A stretch of DNA of 64,000 nt from an uncultured Fibrobacteria bacterium. GTDB lineage: Bacteria > Fibrobacterota > Fibrobacteria > UBA11236. This document shows, in pieces, positions 29,479 to 39,840 of this stretch; position 1 is the stretch's first letter; each line of letters starts with the position of its first letter. A program made the position numbers and the translations under genes. Under the pieces are notes generated by a model that was not told where the DNA came from, did no database searches, and worked only from the letters and a program-made list of their open reading frames with translations. The stretch is taken from positions 1,472,001-1,536,000 of the forward strand of contig OY970309.1 of assembly GCA_963716395.1 (NCBI GenBank), read 5' to 3'.

Positions 29479-30951
29479 TTATTCTTCGGCTTTGAGCCCG
29501 TAGCGCGCCAGTTTGTTGTGCAAGCCCTGCCGCGACAGGCCGAGCAGTCGCGCGGTTTGCGAGATGTTGCCGCCGGCGGTGTGCAAGGCCTGCTGAATCC
29601 AGGCGCGTTCGAGTTGGGCCACGGCGTCATCCAGGCTGATGCCGGCGGCCAAATCGGCGGTTAATGGCGGCGCCGAAACCGCGGGCGCAGCGGCCGACCC
29701 CGCAGCCTGCGCGGCGCGCCGCCGCATGCGTTCGGGCCAATGCTCCGGCAGCAGGGTATCGGCGCCGTTACCCACGACGAGGGCGTGCTCCACGGCGTTC
29801 TCGAGTTCGCGTACATTGCCGGGAAACGGATAGGCGGCCGCGGCGGCCATGGCCTCGGGGGCCACCGCCGGAACCGGCCTCCCGAATTTTTTCGCCTTGG
29901 CGGTGAGAAAGTGGGCCACGAGCAGGGGGATGTCGCCTTGGCGTTCGCGCAGCGGCGGCACCGCCACGGGCACCACGCTCAGGCGGTAAAACAGATCTTC
30001 GCGAAAGGTCTTCTCGGCCACCATGGCTTCGAGATCGCGGTGCGTGGCCGCGATTACGCGCACGTCGACCTTGCGCTCGCTGCGCGCGCCCACGGGCGTG
30101 ACCACGCCTTCCTGCAAAAAGCGCAGGAGCCGCGCTTGCATGGAAAGGGACATGTCGCCCACTTCGTCAAGAAACAGGGTACCGCCGTGGGCCGTTTCGA
30201 GAATGCCGGTGCGGTTGTCGATGGCATGGGTGAAGGCGCCTTTGACGTGGCCGAACAATTCGCTTTCGAGAATCGAATCGGGCAACGCGGCGCAGTTCTG
30301 GGCCACGAAGGGCTTGTGCCGGCGCGGGCCGCCGAAATGCAGGGCTCGGGCGCACAACTCCTTGCCCGTGCCGCTTTCGCCCAAAAGGAGCACGGTGGTT
30401 TGCGTGGGCAGCAGGGCTTGCAGGCCGCGCTGCAAAGCCTGCATGGCCGGCGACGCGCCGACGAGGCCGCGAAAGGCTTCGTGTTCGCGGATGCGGTCGC
30501 CCTGCAAATCGAGGTTCTCGCGTTCGAGAAATCGATTGCGCGACTGGAGCTCCGCTTCGAGCCGTTGGTTCTCGCGCAAGAGCCGGAACATTTCCGCGCC
30601 CTGGCGCACCACGTTTTCGAGCTGCAGCGGCTCCCAGGGCTTGGCCAGAAAATGGTGGATGCCGCCGTCGTTCACCGCCGCCACCAGCGAGTCGAAGTCG
30701 GAATAGCCGGTGAGCAGAATGCGCGAGGTGTCGGGGGATTGCCGCCGCACCCAGGCCAGAAATTCGGCGCCCGATTCGCCGGGCATGCGCTGATCCGAAA
30801 TCACACAGGCGATGTTCCGATCGGCGAACAGGGGGCGCGCCTCGGCCGCGCTTTTGGCCGGGAGACATTCGTAGGTGTCTTCCAAAGCCCGTTCCAGGCT
30901 CGACAGAATGGCGGCTTCATCGTCGACTAGGAGAATCGTGGGGCGGGTCAT
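29479..30951 (-). CDS. Sigma54-dependent NtrC-family response regulator (REC-AAA+-Fis HTH)
   Basis: LLVDDE, SDQRMP, AKPW, GESGTGKE, ESELFGHVKGAFTHA, LFLDEV, FREDLFYRL, FPGNVREL, GNISQTARLLG; ATGA overlap with the upstream gene. Confidence 0.95.
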   Translation of the reverse strand: MTRPTILLVDDEAAILSSLERALEDTYECLPAKSAAEARPLFADRNIACVISDQRMPGESGAEFLAWVRRQSPDTSRILLTGYSDFDSLVAAVNDGGIHHFLAKPWEPLQLENVVRQGAEMFRLLRENQRLEAELQSRNRFLERENLDLQGDRIREHEAFRGLVGASPAMQALQRGLQALLPTQTTVLLLGESGTGKELCARALHFGGPRRHKPFVAQNCAALPDSILESELFGHVKGAFTHAIDNRTGILETAHGGTLFLDEVGDMSLSMQARLLRFLQEGVVTPVGARSERKVDVRVIAATHRDLEAMVAEKTFREDLFYRLSVVPVAVPPLRERQGDIPLLVAHFLTAKAKKFGRPVPAVAPEAMAAAAAYPFPGNVRELENAVEHALVVGNGADTLLPEHWPERMRRRAAQAAGSAAAPAVSAPPLTADLAAGISLDDAVAQLERAWIQQALHTAGGNISQTARLLGLSRQGLHNKLARYGLKAEE

Positions 30952-31415
30952 ATCTTCCAATCATGGCCGCAATTTTGACAATGCAGGGTCGCGCGCAAAC
31001 CGAACAGCCGGAAGAGCAGGCGTTTCCAGGCGGGGCCGCGCAACGGTTCGCGGCGGACGTCTTTGGAGTGGCAACGAAAGCAGTACGGCGTGGCGGGCGT
31101 GATTTCGCTTTGCGGATCGAAGGCCGCGGCCCCCGCGGGCTGATCCGATTCCAAAACACTACGCGCGAGGTTGAAGTCTCCGGATCGCACCATGAGGCGA
31201 ATGCCGCCCACCGCGTCGGAATAAAACGATCCCATGATTTCATCGTAAATCTTGGACGCGATTCCGTTTTCGTCCAGGCGGCGCTTTCCCAATTCGGCCA
31301 GGGCGCGGTTGGAATAGCTCTCGACCCGCACCCAGGCGCCTTCATCTTCGGAGGGTTCGGAATGGGGAAGGATCATAGGCTGGGTTTTCCAATCCGTAGG
31401 AAGGCGCGGGTTCAA
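30948..31415 (-). CDS. DUF2007-domain protein with a C-terminal zinc-ribbon-like CxxC...CxxC
   Basis: WVRVESYSN...AELGKRRLDENGI...GGIRLMV; CFRC and CQNC; start 31415 or 31376. Confidence 0.75.
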   Translation of the reverse strand: MNPRLPTDWKTQPMILPHSEPSEDEGAWVRVESYSNRALAELGKRRLDENGIASKIYDEIMGSFYSDAVGGIRLMVRSGDFNLARSVLESDQPAGAAAFDPQSEITPATPYCFRCHSKDVRREPLRGPAWKRLLFRLFGLRATLHCQNCGHDWKI

Positions 31416-32071
31416 ACCGCGCAGCGTTTGAGGTCGAAATTTCCCAGCACGATATGGTCCGACCCGTACTTTACCGTGCGGATCAAGGCCTGGGCCAGCA
31501 CCTCGACGCGGATCATGCCGGCGGGATACAACCGCTCCATCAAGGGATACCAGGGGATGAGCATTTTTTCGAACCAGGCCGCGTTGGCTTTTTTGCCCCG
31601 GGGAATGATGCCGCCGGGCCGGGCGATGAACAAATGCCGGAACGGCATGGCGCGCAGTGCATTCTCGGCCCGGCCTTTGACGCGGGCGAAGCGCACGCGG
31701 CTTTTTTCCTGGGGATCGGCGCCCATGCCGCTGAGAAACAAAAAGGCGATGTCGGGATGGGCGGCCAGCATGGCCTGGGCCGCGCGCACCACGAAGTCGT
31801 ATGTGATTTTTTCATACTCGTCTTGGGAAACCTGCGATTGCGAAATGCCCAGGCACCAGATGCAGGCATCGTGGTTTTGGAACAGCGCTTCCAGCCCGGA
31901 ATAATCGGTGAAATCCGCATGCAGCACGGTTGTGAGTTTGGGAAAATTCAGGTTCAGCGGGCGGCGCACCAAGGCTGTGATTTGCGTGATGTCGCGATCG
32001 GCCGCGGCCTGGCGCACCACTTCGGATCCCGCCAATCCCGTAGCGCCGGTGACGAGGATTTTCTGGCGCAT
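31412..32071 (-). CDS. NAD(P)-binding atypical SDR (TIP30/YraR-like)
   Basis: ILVTGATGLAG, ACIWCLG, FLSGMGAD, FARVKG.AE, RPG. Confidence 0.85.
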   Translation of the reverse strand: MRQKILVTGATGLAGSEVVRQAAADRDITQITALVRRPLNLNFPKLTTVLHADFTDYSGLEALFQNHDACIWCLGISQSQVSQDEYEKITYDFVVRAAQAMLAAHPDIAFLFLSGMGADPQEKSRVRFARVKGRAENALRAMPFRHLFIARPGGIIPRGKKANAAWFEKMLIPWYPLMERLYPAGMIRVEVLAQALIRTVKYGSDHIVLGNFDLKRCAV

Positions 32072-32159
32072 GCGCAACGCTCCCGGCCGGTTAACTGGAT
32101 CCGGAATGATAATTATCGCTTCCCGGCGGGCCCGTGGATGCGGCAGGGCGTGGCGGGGT

Positions 32160-32531
32160 TCAGGCGACGATTTTTTTGACGGATTCGATCACCATGTAGG
32201 TTCCCAGGCCGACGATGAAGGCGCCAAAGAGCAGCCGCAGGTAATTTCCGTTGATCCGGTTCGCCATCAGCGCGCCCAGCCACGCGCCCAGGAGCAGCGC
32301 CGGCACGATGAACAGCACGGATTTCAACCGCACATGCCCGTGCCCGTAATACTCCAGCACGGCGCCCAAGGTGACCGGGGGCAACAGCGAGGCCAGGCTG
32401 GTGCCCACGGCCGTGGTGGGGGCGTATCCGGCCAGATAGATCAAGCCGGGCACGATGAGCACGCCGCCGCCGATGCCGAACAGGCCGGAGGCGATGCCCG
32501 CGATCAATCCGATGCCGATGAGAAGCAACAT
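32160..32531 (-). CDS. Half-size TauE/SafE (TSUP) transporter
   Basis: GIASGLFGIGGGVLIVP, AVGTSL, GAWLGA; 123 aa; GGAG RBS. Confidence 0.85.
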   Translation of the reverse strand: MLLLIGIGLIAGIASGLFGIGGGVLIVPGLIYLAGYAPTTAVGTSLASLLPPVTLGAVLEYYGHGHVRLKSVLFIVPALLLGAWLGALMANRINGNYLRLLFGAFIVGLGTYMVIESVKKIVA

Positions 32532-32574
32532 GTGGTCTCCGCTGGGCTGGGGTGAAAGTCACAAAATGGGCGCT

Positions 32575-33018
32575 TCATGCGAGCGTTCCCGCGGCGTAAC
32601 GCGCAATCCATTGCTGCAGGACGGCGGATTCCTGTTCCCGCAATTCCGCCTGCCAGGTACGGGCCGGTTGGTCCCCCGCCGCCGCTTCGATTTCCAGCCG
32701 ACCGTCGCGAATGCGGATGGAGCGCAACTGGGAAAAATTCCCGGGTAAAACTCCGGTCCGCTTGGATTTCCCCGAACCGGGCACAAGGATTTGCTCCACC
32801 TCGCGGAACCACCCTTCCTGGAAATTCAAAATCTCTTGCTCGAGAAAGTACAGCCGCCCGCGCGCGGAATACTTCATGATTCTCGAAGGGTTGACGCGGC
32901 GGTGGAAAATGGAGAAGGCGTAGCGTTGGCGTGCGTCTTTCAAAATCCGGTTGACGGCGGTTTTGCGGTAGGCGATGAAAGCCAGCAGCAAAACGGGAAC
33001 GACCAGTATCCAAAGCAT
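32575..33018 (-). CDS. Hypothetical membrane-anchored protein
   Basis: 147 aa with a single N-terminal hydrophobic helix, co-oriented with its neighbours. Confidence 0.6.
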   Translation of the reverse strand: MLWILVVPVLLLAFIAYRKTAVNRILKDARQRYAFSIFHRRVNPSRIMKYSARGRLYFLEQEILNFQEGWFREVEQILVPGSGKSKRTGVLPGNFSQLRSIRIRDGRLEIEAAAGDQPARTWQAELREQESAVLQQWIARYAAGTLA

Positions 33019-33233
33019 ATCCGTTTCCGCGGTTTCCCCTCCGTCCGACTTCGAGGCAAAAGATATTCAGAACGCTTTCGGTGTCTGCGCCGGACAGACG
33101 CGCAAGTTTCCGGCGGGCGCTTTGCCGCCGCATCGCGCGGCCAGGCCAGCGCCAAGGTCGGGCGGGCGACGGTGGTCATCGACGCGTTACCTGCGTGGGC
33201 GGAAATCGCGATTGCTAATTTCCTCCCCCGGAA

Positions 33234-35690
33234 ATGCTCGGATCGCGCGCTTGGGCCGCTTTTGTTGGGGCGGCCTTTTCACTTTACGCCCAGGATCTGG
33301 TTCCGATTCCGCAGGCCCCGCGCCCCGATACGGCGGCGGCCGACAGCGCCAAGGCCCGCGCCGCCGCCGCGGATACCTCCGGCGATTCCGTGTCGTATGC
33401 GGCCGAACGCATTCGCTTTCGCGATGACCGCTTTTCGCTTTCCGACGGGGCCTGGCTCAAGTACAAGGGTTCGACCCTGACGGCCGATTCCATCGTGTAC
33501 TTCGCCCATGACGACGTGGTCGAAGCCTTGGGGGCCCCCCTGCTGGAAGACAAACTCAACCCTCCCATTCTCGGGTACCGGATGCGTTACAATTTGAAAA
33601 CCAAGGTGGGCACGGTGTATTACGGTTCGTCCAAGCGCAACAACCAGACCCTGGACGGCGTGGAAATCCGCCGCGAGCCCGACGGCGACATTTACATTGC
33701 GCGCGGCGATTTCTCCACCTGCGATTTGCCCGACAAGCACTATTTCTTCTACGCGCGGCGCATGATCGTCGAGCCTAATGATCAAATCCTTTCCGGACCC
33801 ATCGTGATGAACATCGCCGACGTCCCCGTGGCGGTGCTGCCCATGATGCTGGTGCCGCTCGGTAAAGGGCGCCGCTCGGGGCTCTTGCAGCCCAAGTTCG
33901 GCGGCGATCAAACTCAGGGTTTCTACATGAGCAATCTCGGCTATTACTGGGCCATCAACGATTACACCGATTTTCTGGCTTCGGGCGACATCGTCGAAGG
34001 CCAAAGCGGCACGTTCGATAATACCGATCTCAACACGGTGTTCCGGTGGAACAAGCGCTACGTCTGGAACGGATCGCTGAGCGGCAAGACCTATGTCTCG
34101 CAATTCGACCCCGGCACGGCGGGCGGCGTGCTCGATTTCACCAATGACCTCAACCTCACGCCCGACGGCCGCCAAACCTTGATCGGCAGCGGCCGGCTGC
34201 AATCCGATCCCACCATCGTGCAGCGCAACGCGCTGACGACCGCCGACGCCCTGGAGCAGACGGCCAATGCCAGCCTGGGCTACCGCCGCCAATTCGATTG
34301 GAACCAGGCCACGTTGAACGTCGACTTGACCCAGGTCGACGATCTCACCCAGAATAATATCGATCGCAGCCTTCCGGACGTGAACTTCCACGTGGGCGGC
34401 CCCTTGGTGCCGGCTCCCGAGGATGAGCCGACGGGCGCAGTAGAGCCCTGGTACCGCAAGTGGAGCTGGGACTACGCCAGCCATTTCAATGTCGATCAGG
34501 TACAGCGCCCCGTCTTGGATCTCGCCCCGGGCGATACCAGCGTGTATGCCGGCTACAGCGATCAACTCGCCTTTTCCGGCAAATACGCGGCGTCGTATTT
34601 CAACCTCACGCCCTCGCTCAACTTTTCCCAACTGTGGTCGCTGGATTCGCGCACGGGGGACAGCACGCAGCCTTTTCACGCGGCCTGGGATCCCGCCCAC
34701 CGCGAAATCGGCGATTATTTCTTTGCCTGGAACACGGGCCTGACCGCCGACACCCGCCTGTACGGTATCGCCCAGGCCGGCGATCATCCCTGGTTCGGGC
34801 GCCTGGCGGCCGTGCGCCATACGCTCACGCCCAGCGTCAGCCTGACCTACGCGCCCCATCTCGACACCAACACGCATTTTTACGGCGACCCCAAAATCGG
34901 CGGTACGCCCTACCAGTCCGAACAGAAAACGCTGGGCTTTCAGCTCGGCAACGACGTCGACCTCAAGCTCGCCGATCCCGATTCGGCGAAGAAGAAGCCT
35001 TCGCCCTACAAATTGCTTTCGTCCAGCAGCCAACTGGCGTACAATTTCGCGGACAAAACGCGCCCCTGGTCCGACCTGACCAGCACGTTCAGCCTGTACC
35101 TCACCCGCAACGTGGCGTTTACCGTGACGGCCGATCATACCTTGTACGACGATTTCGCGGCCGATTCGTCGCAGCGCAACCAGTTGACGTCGCCCATTCT
35201 CAAGAGCTGGGGATTCGGCTGGCGCAAGGGCGTCGAATTGAGCGGCGGCTTCAGCGACGGTTTGCACGTGCGCGACACGCGCGGCCAGCCCACCGCGGAA
35301 TTCGAGCAGACGCCCTGGTCGGCCTCGCTCAATTACAGTTTCGATTTCAGCGCGCAACGCGTGGGCAGCACGGGCGGTTCGGCTCCCGCGCGCTTCTTCG
35401 GCGCTTCGGAATACTATGAAGTCACGCGCACGCACCAGGCCTCGGCCAGCCTGAACCTCAATCCCACGGCGGGATGGAAGATGTCGTACAACACCCAATT
35501 CAATTTTTCCGAAGGCCGGTTTTCACAGCACGAGTTTTCCTTCGAGCGCGATCTGCATTGCTGGCGCATGGATTTTCACTGGACGCCGGTGGGCGTGGCC
35601 GAAGGCTGGAACTTCTCCATCTACATCGTCGATCTGCCGGACATCAAGTTGCAAACCAGCGACACCCATCTCCACCCCTTGGTTCAATAG
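33234..35690 (+). CDS. lptD: LPS-assembly protein LptD (FCB-type)
   Basis: VSYAAE...LTADSI OstA-like N-term, FSTCD...HYFF, RRSGLLQP, LGYYWAINDY, C-term RDLHCW. Confidence 0.85.
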   Translation: MLGSRAWAAFVGAAFSLYAQDLVPIPQAPRPDTAAADSAKARAAAADTSGDSVSYAAERIRFRDDRFSLSDGAWLKYKGSTLTADSIVYFAHDDVVEALGAPLLEDKLNPPILGYRMRYNLKTKVGTVYYGSSKRNNQTLDGVEIRREPDGDIYIARGDFSTCDLPDKHYFFYARRMIVEPNDQILSGPIVMNIADVPVAVLPMMLVPLGKGRRSGLLQPKFGGDQTQGFYMSNLGYYWAINDYTDFLASGDIVEGQSGTFDNTDLNTVFRWNKRYVWNGSLSGKTYVSQFDPGTAGGVLDFTNDLNLTPDGRQTLIGSGRLQSDPTIVQRNALTTADALEQTANASLGYRRQFDWNQATLNVDLTQVDDLTQNNIDRSLPDVNFHVGGPLVPAPEDEPTGAVEPWYRKWSWDYASHFNVDQVQRPVLDLAPGDTSVYAGYSDQLAFSGKYAASYFNLTPSLNFSQLWSLDSRTGDSTQPFHAAWDPAHREIGDYFFAWNTGLTADTRLYGIAQAGDHPWFGRLAAVRHTLTPSVSLTYAPHLDTNTHFYGDPKIGGTPYQSEQKTLGFQLGNDVDLKLADPDSAKKKPSPYKLLSSSSQLAYNFADKTRPWSDLTSTFSLYLTRNVAFTVTADHTLYDDFAADSSQRNQLTSPILKSWGFGWRKGVELSGGFSDGLHVRDTRGQPTAEFEQTPWSASLNYSFDFSAQRVGSTGGSAPARFFGASEYYEVTRTHQASASLNLNPTAGWKMSYNTQFNFSEGRFSQHEFSFERDLHCWRMDFHWTPVGVAEGWNFSIYIVDLPDIKLQTSDTHLHPLVQ

Positions 35691-35699
35691 GTACCACGC

Positions 35700-36278
35700 A
35701 TGTTTCTGCTTTCGCGTCCCCTGGTGCTCGCCAGCCAGTCGCCCCGACGGGCCCAAATTCTCGCCATGCTGGGATTCGCCTTCACCGTGCAGCCCTCCGG
35801 CTGCGACGAAACCGTTTCGCCGGACATGGATCCCGCCGCCGTTCCCGGCGCGCTGGCGCGCGCCAAGGCGCTGGAGGTGGCCCGTATCCATTCCGAGACG
35901 CTGGTACTGGGAGCCGACACCGTGGTGGTCATCGACGGCATGACGCTGGGCAAACCCGCCGATGCTGCGGCCGCGCGGCACATGCTGCGCCGGCTGCGCG
36001 GCCGCACGCACCGGGTCTACACCGGCGTGGCGGTGGCGCGGGGCGACTCCGTCGTGGCGGCGGAAACCGTGTGCACCGAAGTCGATTTCGCCGAGGTCGC
36101 CGACGCTGATCTGGAAGCCTACGCCCGCGGCGGCGAACCGCTGGATAAGGCCGGCGCCTATGCGGTGCAGGGTCGCGGCGCTTTTCTCGTGCAGGAAATT
36201 CGCGGTTGTTATTTCAACGTGATGGGCCTGCCCGTGCAAGCCACGCTGCGCCTGCTCGCTCCTTTTCGCGCCGTTTAA
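35700..36278 (+). CDS. maf: Maf nucleotide pyrophosphatase
   Basis: LASQSPRR, LGADTVV, LGKP, DKAGAYAVQG, NVMGLP. Confidence 0.95.
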   Translation: MFLLSRPLVLASQSPRRAQILAMLGFAFTVQPSGCDETVSPDMDPAAVPGALARAKALEVARIHSETLVLGADTVVVIDGMTLGKPADAAAARHMLRRLRGRTHRVYTGVAVARGDSVVAAETVCTEVDFAEVADADLEAYARGGEPLDKAGAYAVQGRGAFLVQEIRGCYFNVMGLPVQATLRLLAPFRAV

Positions 36279-36334
36279 ACTCGGACCGGCTGGGAAACTT
36301 CTAGTACATTTTTAAAATCTTCACAGAAATTCGC

Positions 36335-37150
36335 ATGGAAGACGACAAACCTCAATCCGAACCAACTCCCGCCGCGTCGCCCGGGGCCGGGGCCCAGGTG
36401 CGCGCCGCGCGCACGGCTGCCGGTATCGATCCCGCCAAGCTGTGCGCCGATTTGCGCATCTCTACGGCCGCGCTCGAAGCCCTCGAAGCCGGACAATACG
36501 ACCGTCTGCCCGGCGAACCCTATGTGCGCGCGCTGCTGGTATCCCTGGCCCGGTACCTGGGCCTCGATGCGCACAAGTTGGTGCAGGCTTATCAAGCCGA
36601 AATCGGCGTGACCGCCACCAGCGCTCCCATCACTCCGTACAAAGACCTTTCCCAAAACCATGTGCTGGCGCACAAACAAATCTTCATTCTGCTTTTGGCC
36701 GTGCTGCTGTTCGCCATGCTCCTCATTTTGGGCAAAATCAATTCCTCCGGCGGAAAAGCGGCCGCTACGAAAAGCCGGGCCGCGGACACAACCTCCGTGG
36801 TGCCGCCGCCCGATACCTTGCCCGATGCCGATTCGCTGCTGCCTCCCGGCGATTCGGCGGATGAGGAGGACGACAGCGTGGCTGCGATCAAACCCGCGCC
36901 GCCGCCAATCAGGAACCGCGTGGTGGTCAAGCCCCGGGTGGACAGCGTGTGGATTCGGGTGCTCCTGGCCGGCAAGCCCGAAACCGACAAGCTGCTCACT
37001 CTCGGCAAACAAATGGAAGTGGTGCATGACGACACCATCACCATGATCATCGGCAAACACCGGGGCGTGATCTTGAACTTCGCCGATACCACGGTGATTC
37101 CCGCGCGAAAAAGGTTTAGAATAATCGGCAAGCGCATCAGCTATTTCTAA
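36335..37150 (+). CDS. rodZ: RodZ-like HTH-TM-periplasmic protein
   Basis: GAQVRAAR...LRIS...LEALEAG...LPG..YVR...ARYLGLD, single TM, C-term DSVWIRV. Confidence 0.75.
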   Translation: MEDDKPQSEPTPAASPGAGAQVRAARTAAGIDPAKLCADLRISTAALEALEAGQYDRLPGEPYVRALLVSLARYLGLDAHKLVQAYQAEIGVTATSAPITPYKDLSQNHVLAHKQIFILLLAVLLFAMLLILGKINSSGGKAAATKSRAADTTSVVPPPDTLPDADSLLPPGDSADEEDDSVAAIKPAPPPIRNRVVVKPRVDSVWIRVLLAGKPETDKLLTLGKQMEVVHDDTITMIIGKHRGVILNFADTTVIPARKRFRIIGKRISYF

Positions 37151-37170
37151 GCGCCCGAAAGGACATACGC

Positions 37171-37422
37171 ATGGGCATGTTTCTGGTGGGGTCGGCGTTG
37201 GCGCTGCTGCTTTTAGCCGGTCTTTTGGCCGTGAGCATCAGTCTCGCGGTGCTCGATCAGAGGCTGGCGGATTTGGACCAGGCCATGCAGGGGCGCTACG
37301 GTGCCTGGATGGAGCGGCAGGCCCAAGAAGTACAGGCCAAAAACAGCAAGATTGTAGCGCCTCCGACCAAGCCCGCGGCGCCGGGAGCGCGCCCGTCGGC
37401 CCCCGCGGCCCGAAAGGGTTAA
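37171..37422 (+). CDS. Small hypothetical membrane protein
   Basis: 83 aa, N-terminal TM, AAGGA RBS, fills the gap between rodZ and hisB. Confidence 0.6.
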   Translation: MGMFLVGSALALLLLAGLLAVSISLAVLDQRLADLDQAMQGRYGAWMERQAQEVQAKNSKIVAPPTKPAAPGARPSAPAARKG

Positions 37423-37427
37423 TTCCC

Positions 37428-38018
37428 ATGTCCGACCGTTGTGCCACGCTGGCGCGCCAAACGCGCGAAACCCGCGTCGACCTCAGCCTCAACCTTGATG
37501 CCGCTTTGGTCGGTCCGGTGCAGACCGGATCGGGGTTTCTCGATCACATGCTCGATCTGTTCCGCACGCACGGCGGTTTCGGTTTGACCGTAACCTGCCA
37601 GGGCGACACGCAGATCGACATGCACCATAGCGCCGAAGACATCGCCATTTGCCTGGGCTCGGCGCTGCAACAGGCCGTGGGCGATAAAGCCGGCCTGGAA
37701 CGCTACGGCTTCTATTACGTCACCATGGACGAAGCGCTGGCACGCTGTTGCCTCGATCTTTCGGGCCGCATGGCGTTTGTATGGAACGCGGCGTTGCCTG
37801 CGGCGCGTGTCGGCAATCTCGATGTCGAATTGATTCCGCATTTCTTCCAGACCGTGGCCGAAAATGCGCGCATGAACCTGCATTTGGATCTCTTGCGCGG
37901 CTCCAACAACCACCATTGCATCGAGGCGCTGTTCAAAGCCTTCGCCCGCGCCTTGGCTATGGCGGTCTCGCCTTCGCGCCGCATCGCGGGCGTGCCTTCG
38001 ACCAAGGGCGCGCTGTAA
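37428..38018 (+). CDS. hisB: Imidazoleglycerol-phosphate dehydratase
   Basis: RQTRET, GFLDHML, DMHHSAED, MDEAL, NNHHCIEALFKAF, PSTKG. Confidence 0.97.
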   Translation: MSDRCATLARQTRETRVDLSLNLDAALVGPVQTGSGFLDHMLDLFRTHGGFGLTVTCQGDTQIDMHHSAEDIAICLGSALQQAVGDKAGLERYGFYYVTMDEALARCCLDLSGRMAFVWNAALPAARVGNLDVELIPHFFQTVAENARMNLHLDLLRGSNNHHCIEALFKAFARALAMAVSPSRRIAGVPSTKGAL

Positions 38019-38040
38019 ACCCTGCGAGACGCTTTTGTGC

Positions 38041-38427
38041 TTACCACACCGCGTCCACGCCGGGATAGCGGTGGATCAGCGCGTCGGGCGTCAGGCACGG
38101 GCAGCTTTGAATCAAGGCCGTGGCCACGATGATGCGGTCGCACGGATCGGCGTGCAAATCGGGCAAAGCCGCCGACCGCACCAGGATTTCGGCCCCGGGT
38201 TCGATTTCGTTTACGCCCAACTCCAGCAGGGCGGAGTGAAACCAGGGGCCGGGATCGAGGGGCAGCCTTAATTTTTTTCGTTTGTGTTTGATCGCGATCT
38301 CGAACGCCGAAATACTGGAAACAAACAGACTTTCGGAGGCGGCGGCGATGCGTTTGCGCGCGGTCTGCGACAGCTGATCGGGATCGGCCGCCAGCCACAG
38401 CAAAACGCAGGTGTCCAACAGCAGCAC
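38041..38427 (-). CDS. vapC: VapC-family PIN toxin
   Basis: LLDTCVLLW, SSISAFEIAIK, LPDLHADPCDRIIVATA, LTPD. Confidence 0.92.
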   Translation of the reverse strand: MLLLDTCVLLWLAADPDQLSQTARKRIAAASESLFVSSISAFEIAIKHKRKKLRLPLDPGPWFHSALLELGVNEIEPGAEILVRSAALPDLHADPCDRIIVATALIQSCPCLTPDALIHRYPGVDAVW

Positions 38428-38428
38428 G

Positions 38429-38697
<269 letters not shown>

Positions 38698-38701
<4 letters not shown>

Positions 38702-39840
38702 CTAGATTTTTGGCCAAAGTCCACTCCCGCCACTTCGCGGTACAGCGCCTCGTATTGCCCCACTGCCAGGTCGGGCGAGAAGAGTTCTTCGGCGCGGCGG
38801 CGCCCGGCCGTGCCCAGTTGTCCGCGCAAATCCGGTGATTTTCCCAATTGCACCGCGTAGTCGGCCATGCGTTCGACGTCACCCGGGTCGGCCAGAAAAC
38901 CGGTTTCGCCATGCGCCACGACTTCGGGAATGCCGCCCGAATTCGACGCGATCACCGGCATTTCGCAGGCCATGGCTTCCAGGGGCGCGAGCCCGAAACT
39001 TTCCAGCTCCGAGGGAAACAAAAACACGTCGCCGCACCCCAGCAAACCCGGCACATCCTGCTGGTTGCCAAGAAAGCGCACGCGCTCCGCCAGGCCGAGT
39101 TGCGCGGCCAGTTCGCGCGCAGGCCGCAGCATCGGGCCTTCGCCCAGCATGACGAGCTTGGCGTCGAGGCTGTGCGCGGCGCGGGCGAAGATGCGAATCA
39201 CGTCTTCGACCCGCTTGATGGGCCGGAAATTGGAAAGGTGCATGAACAGGATTTGCGCGTCGTCGGCGAAGGCGCCGCGGTGGCATTGGCCCCGCCGCTT
39301 GCGGAACAGGCCCGCGTCGACGAAGTTGTAGATGCGCCGCACCGGACGGGTGGGATGAAAGATTTCTTCGGTTTTGGTCCGCAGATACTCCGACACCGCG
39401 GTCACGGCCGAACTGCGCTCGATGCCGAAGCGCGTGACCTCGAAGAAGTTTTTGTCTTGGCCCACCAAGGTGATATCGGTGCCGTGCAAGGTGGTGACGA
39501 CGGGCAGCGGCCGCGGCAGCATCTGGGCCGCCAGAAAGGCGCTGACCGCATGCGGAATGGCGTAATGCACGTGCAGCACGTCGAGCCCTTCGGAAGCCGC
39601 CACTTCGCGCATCTTGGCCGCCAGCGCCAGGTCGTAAGGCGGATGCTCGAACAGCGGATAGGGCTCCATTTCCACGGTGTGGAAAAACAGGTTTTCGTGG
39701 TATTCGCCCCGTAACCGGAAGGGTACGCTCAGGGTGATGAAGTGCACGGCGTGGCCGCGCTGCGCCAGGAATTTTCCCAGCTCCGAGGCCAGTACGCCGC
39801 TGCCGCCCAGCGTCGGGTAACAGGTGATGCCGATTTTCAT
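38698..39840 (-). CDS. bshA: N-acetyl-alpha-D-glucosaminyl L-malate synthase BshA
   Basis: MKIGITCYPTLGGSGVLASELG, HVHYAIPHA, TTLHGTDITLVG, SNFRPIKR, ESFGLAPLEAM; true start 39840, inside the longer track ORF. Confidence 0.96.
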
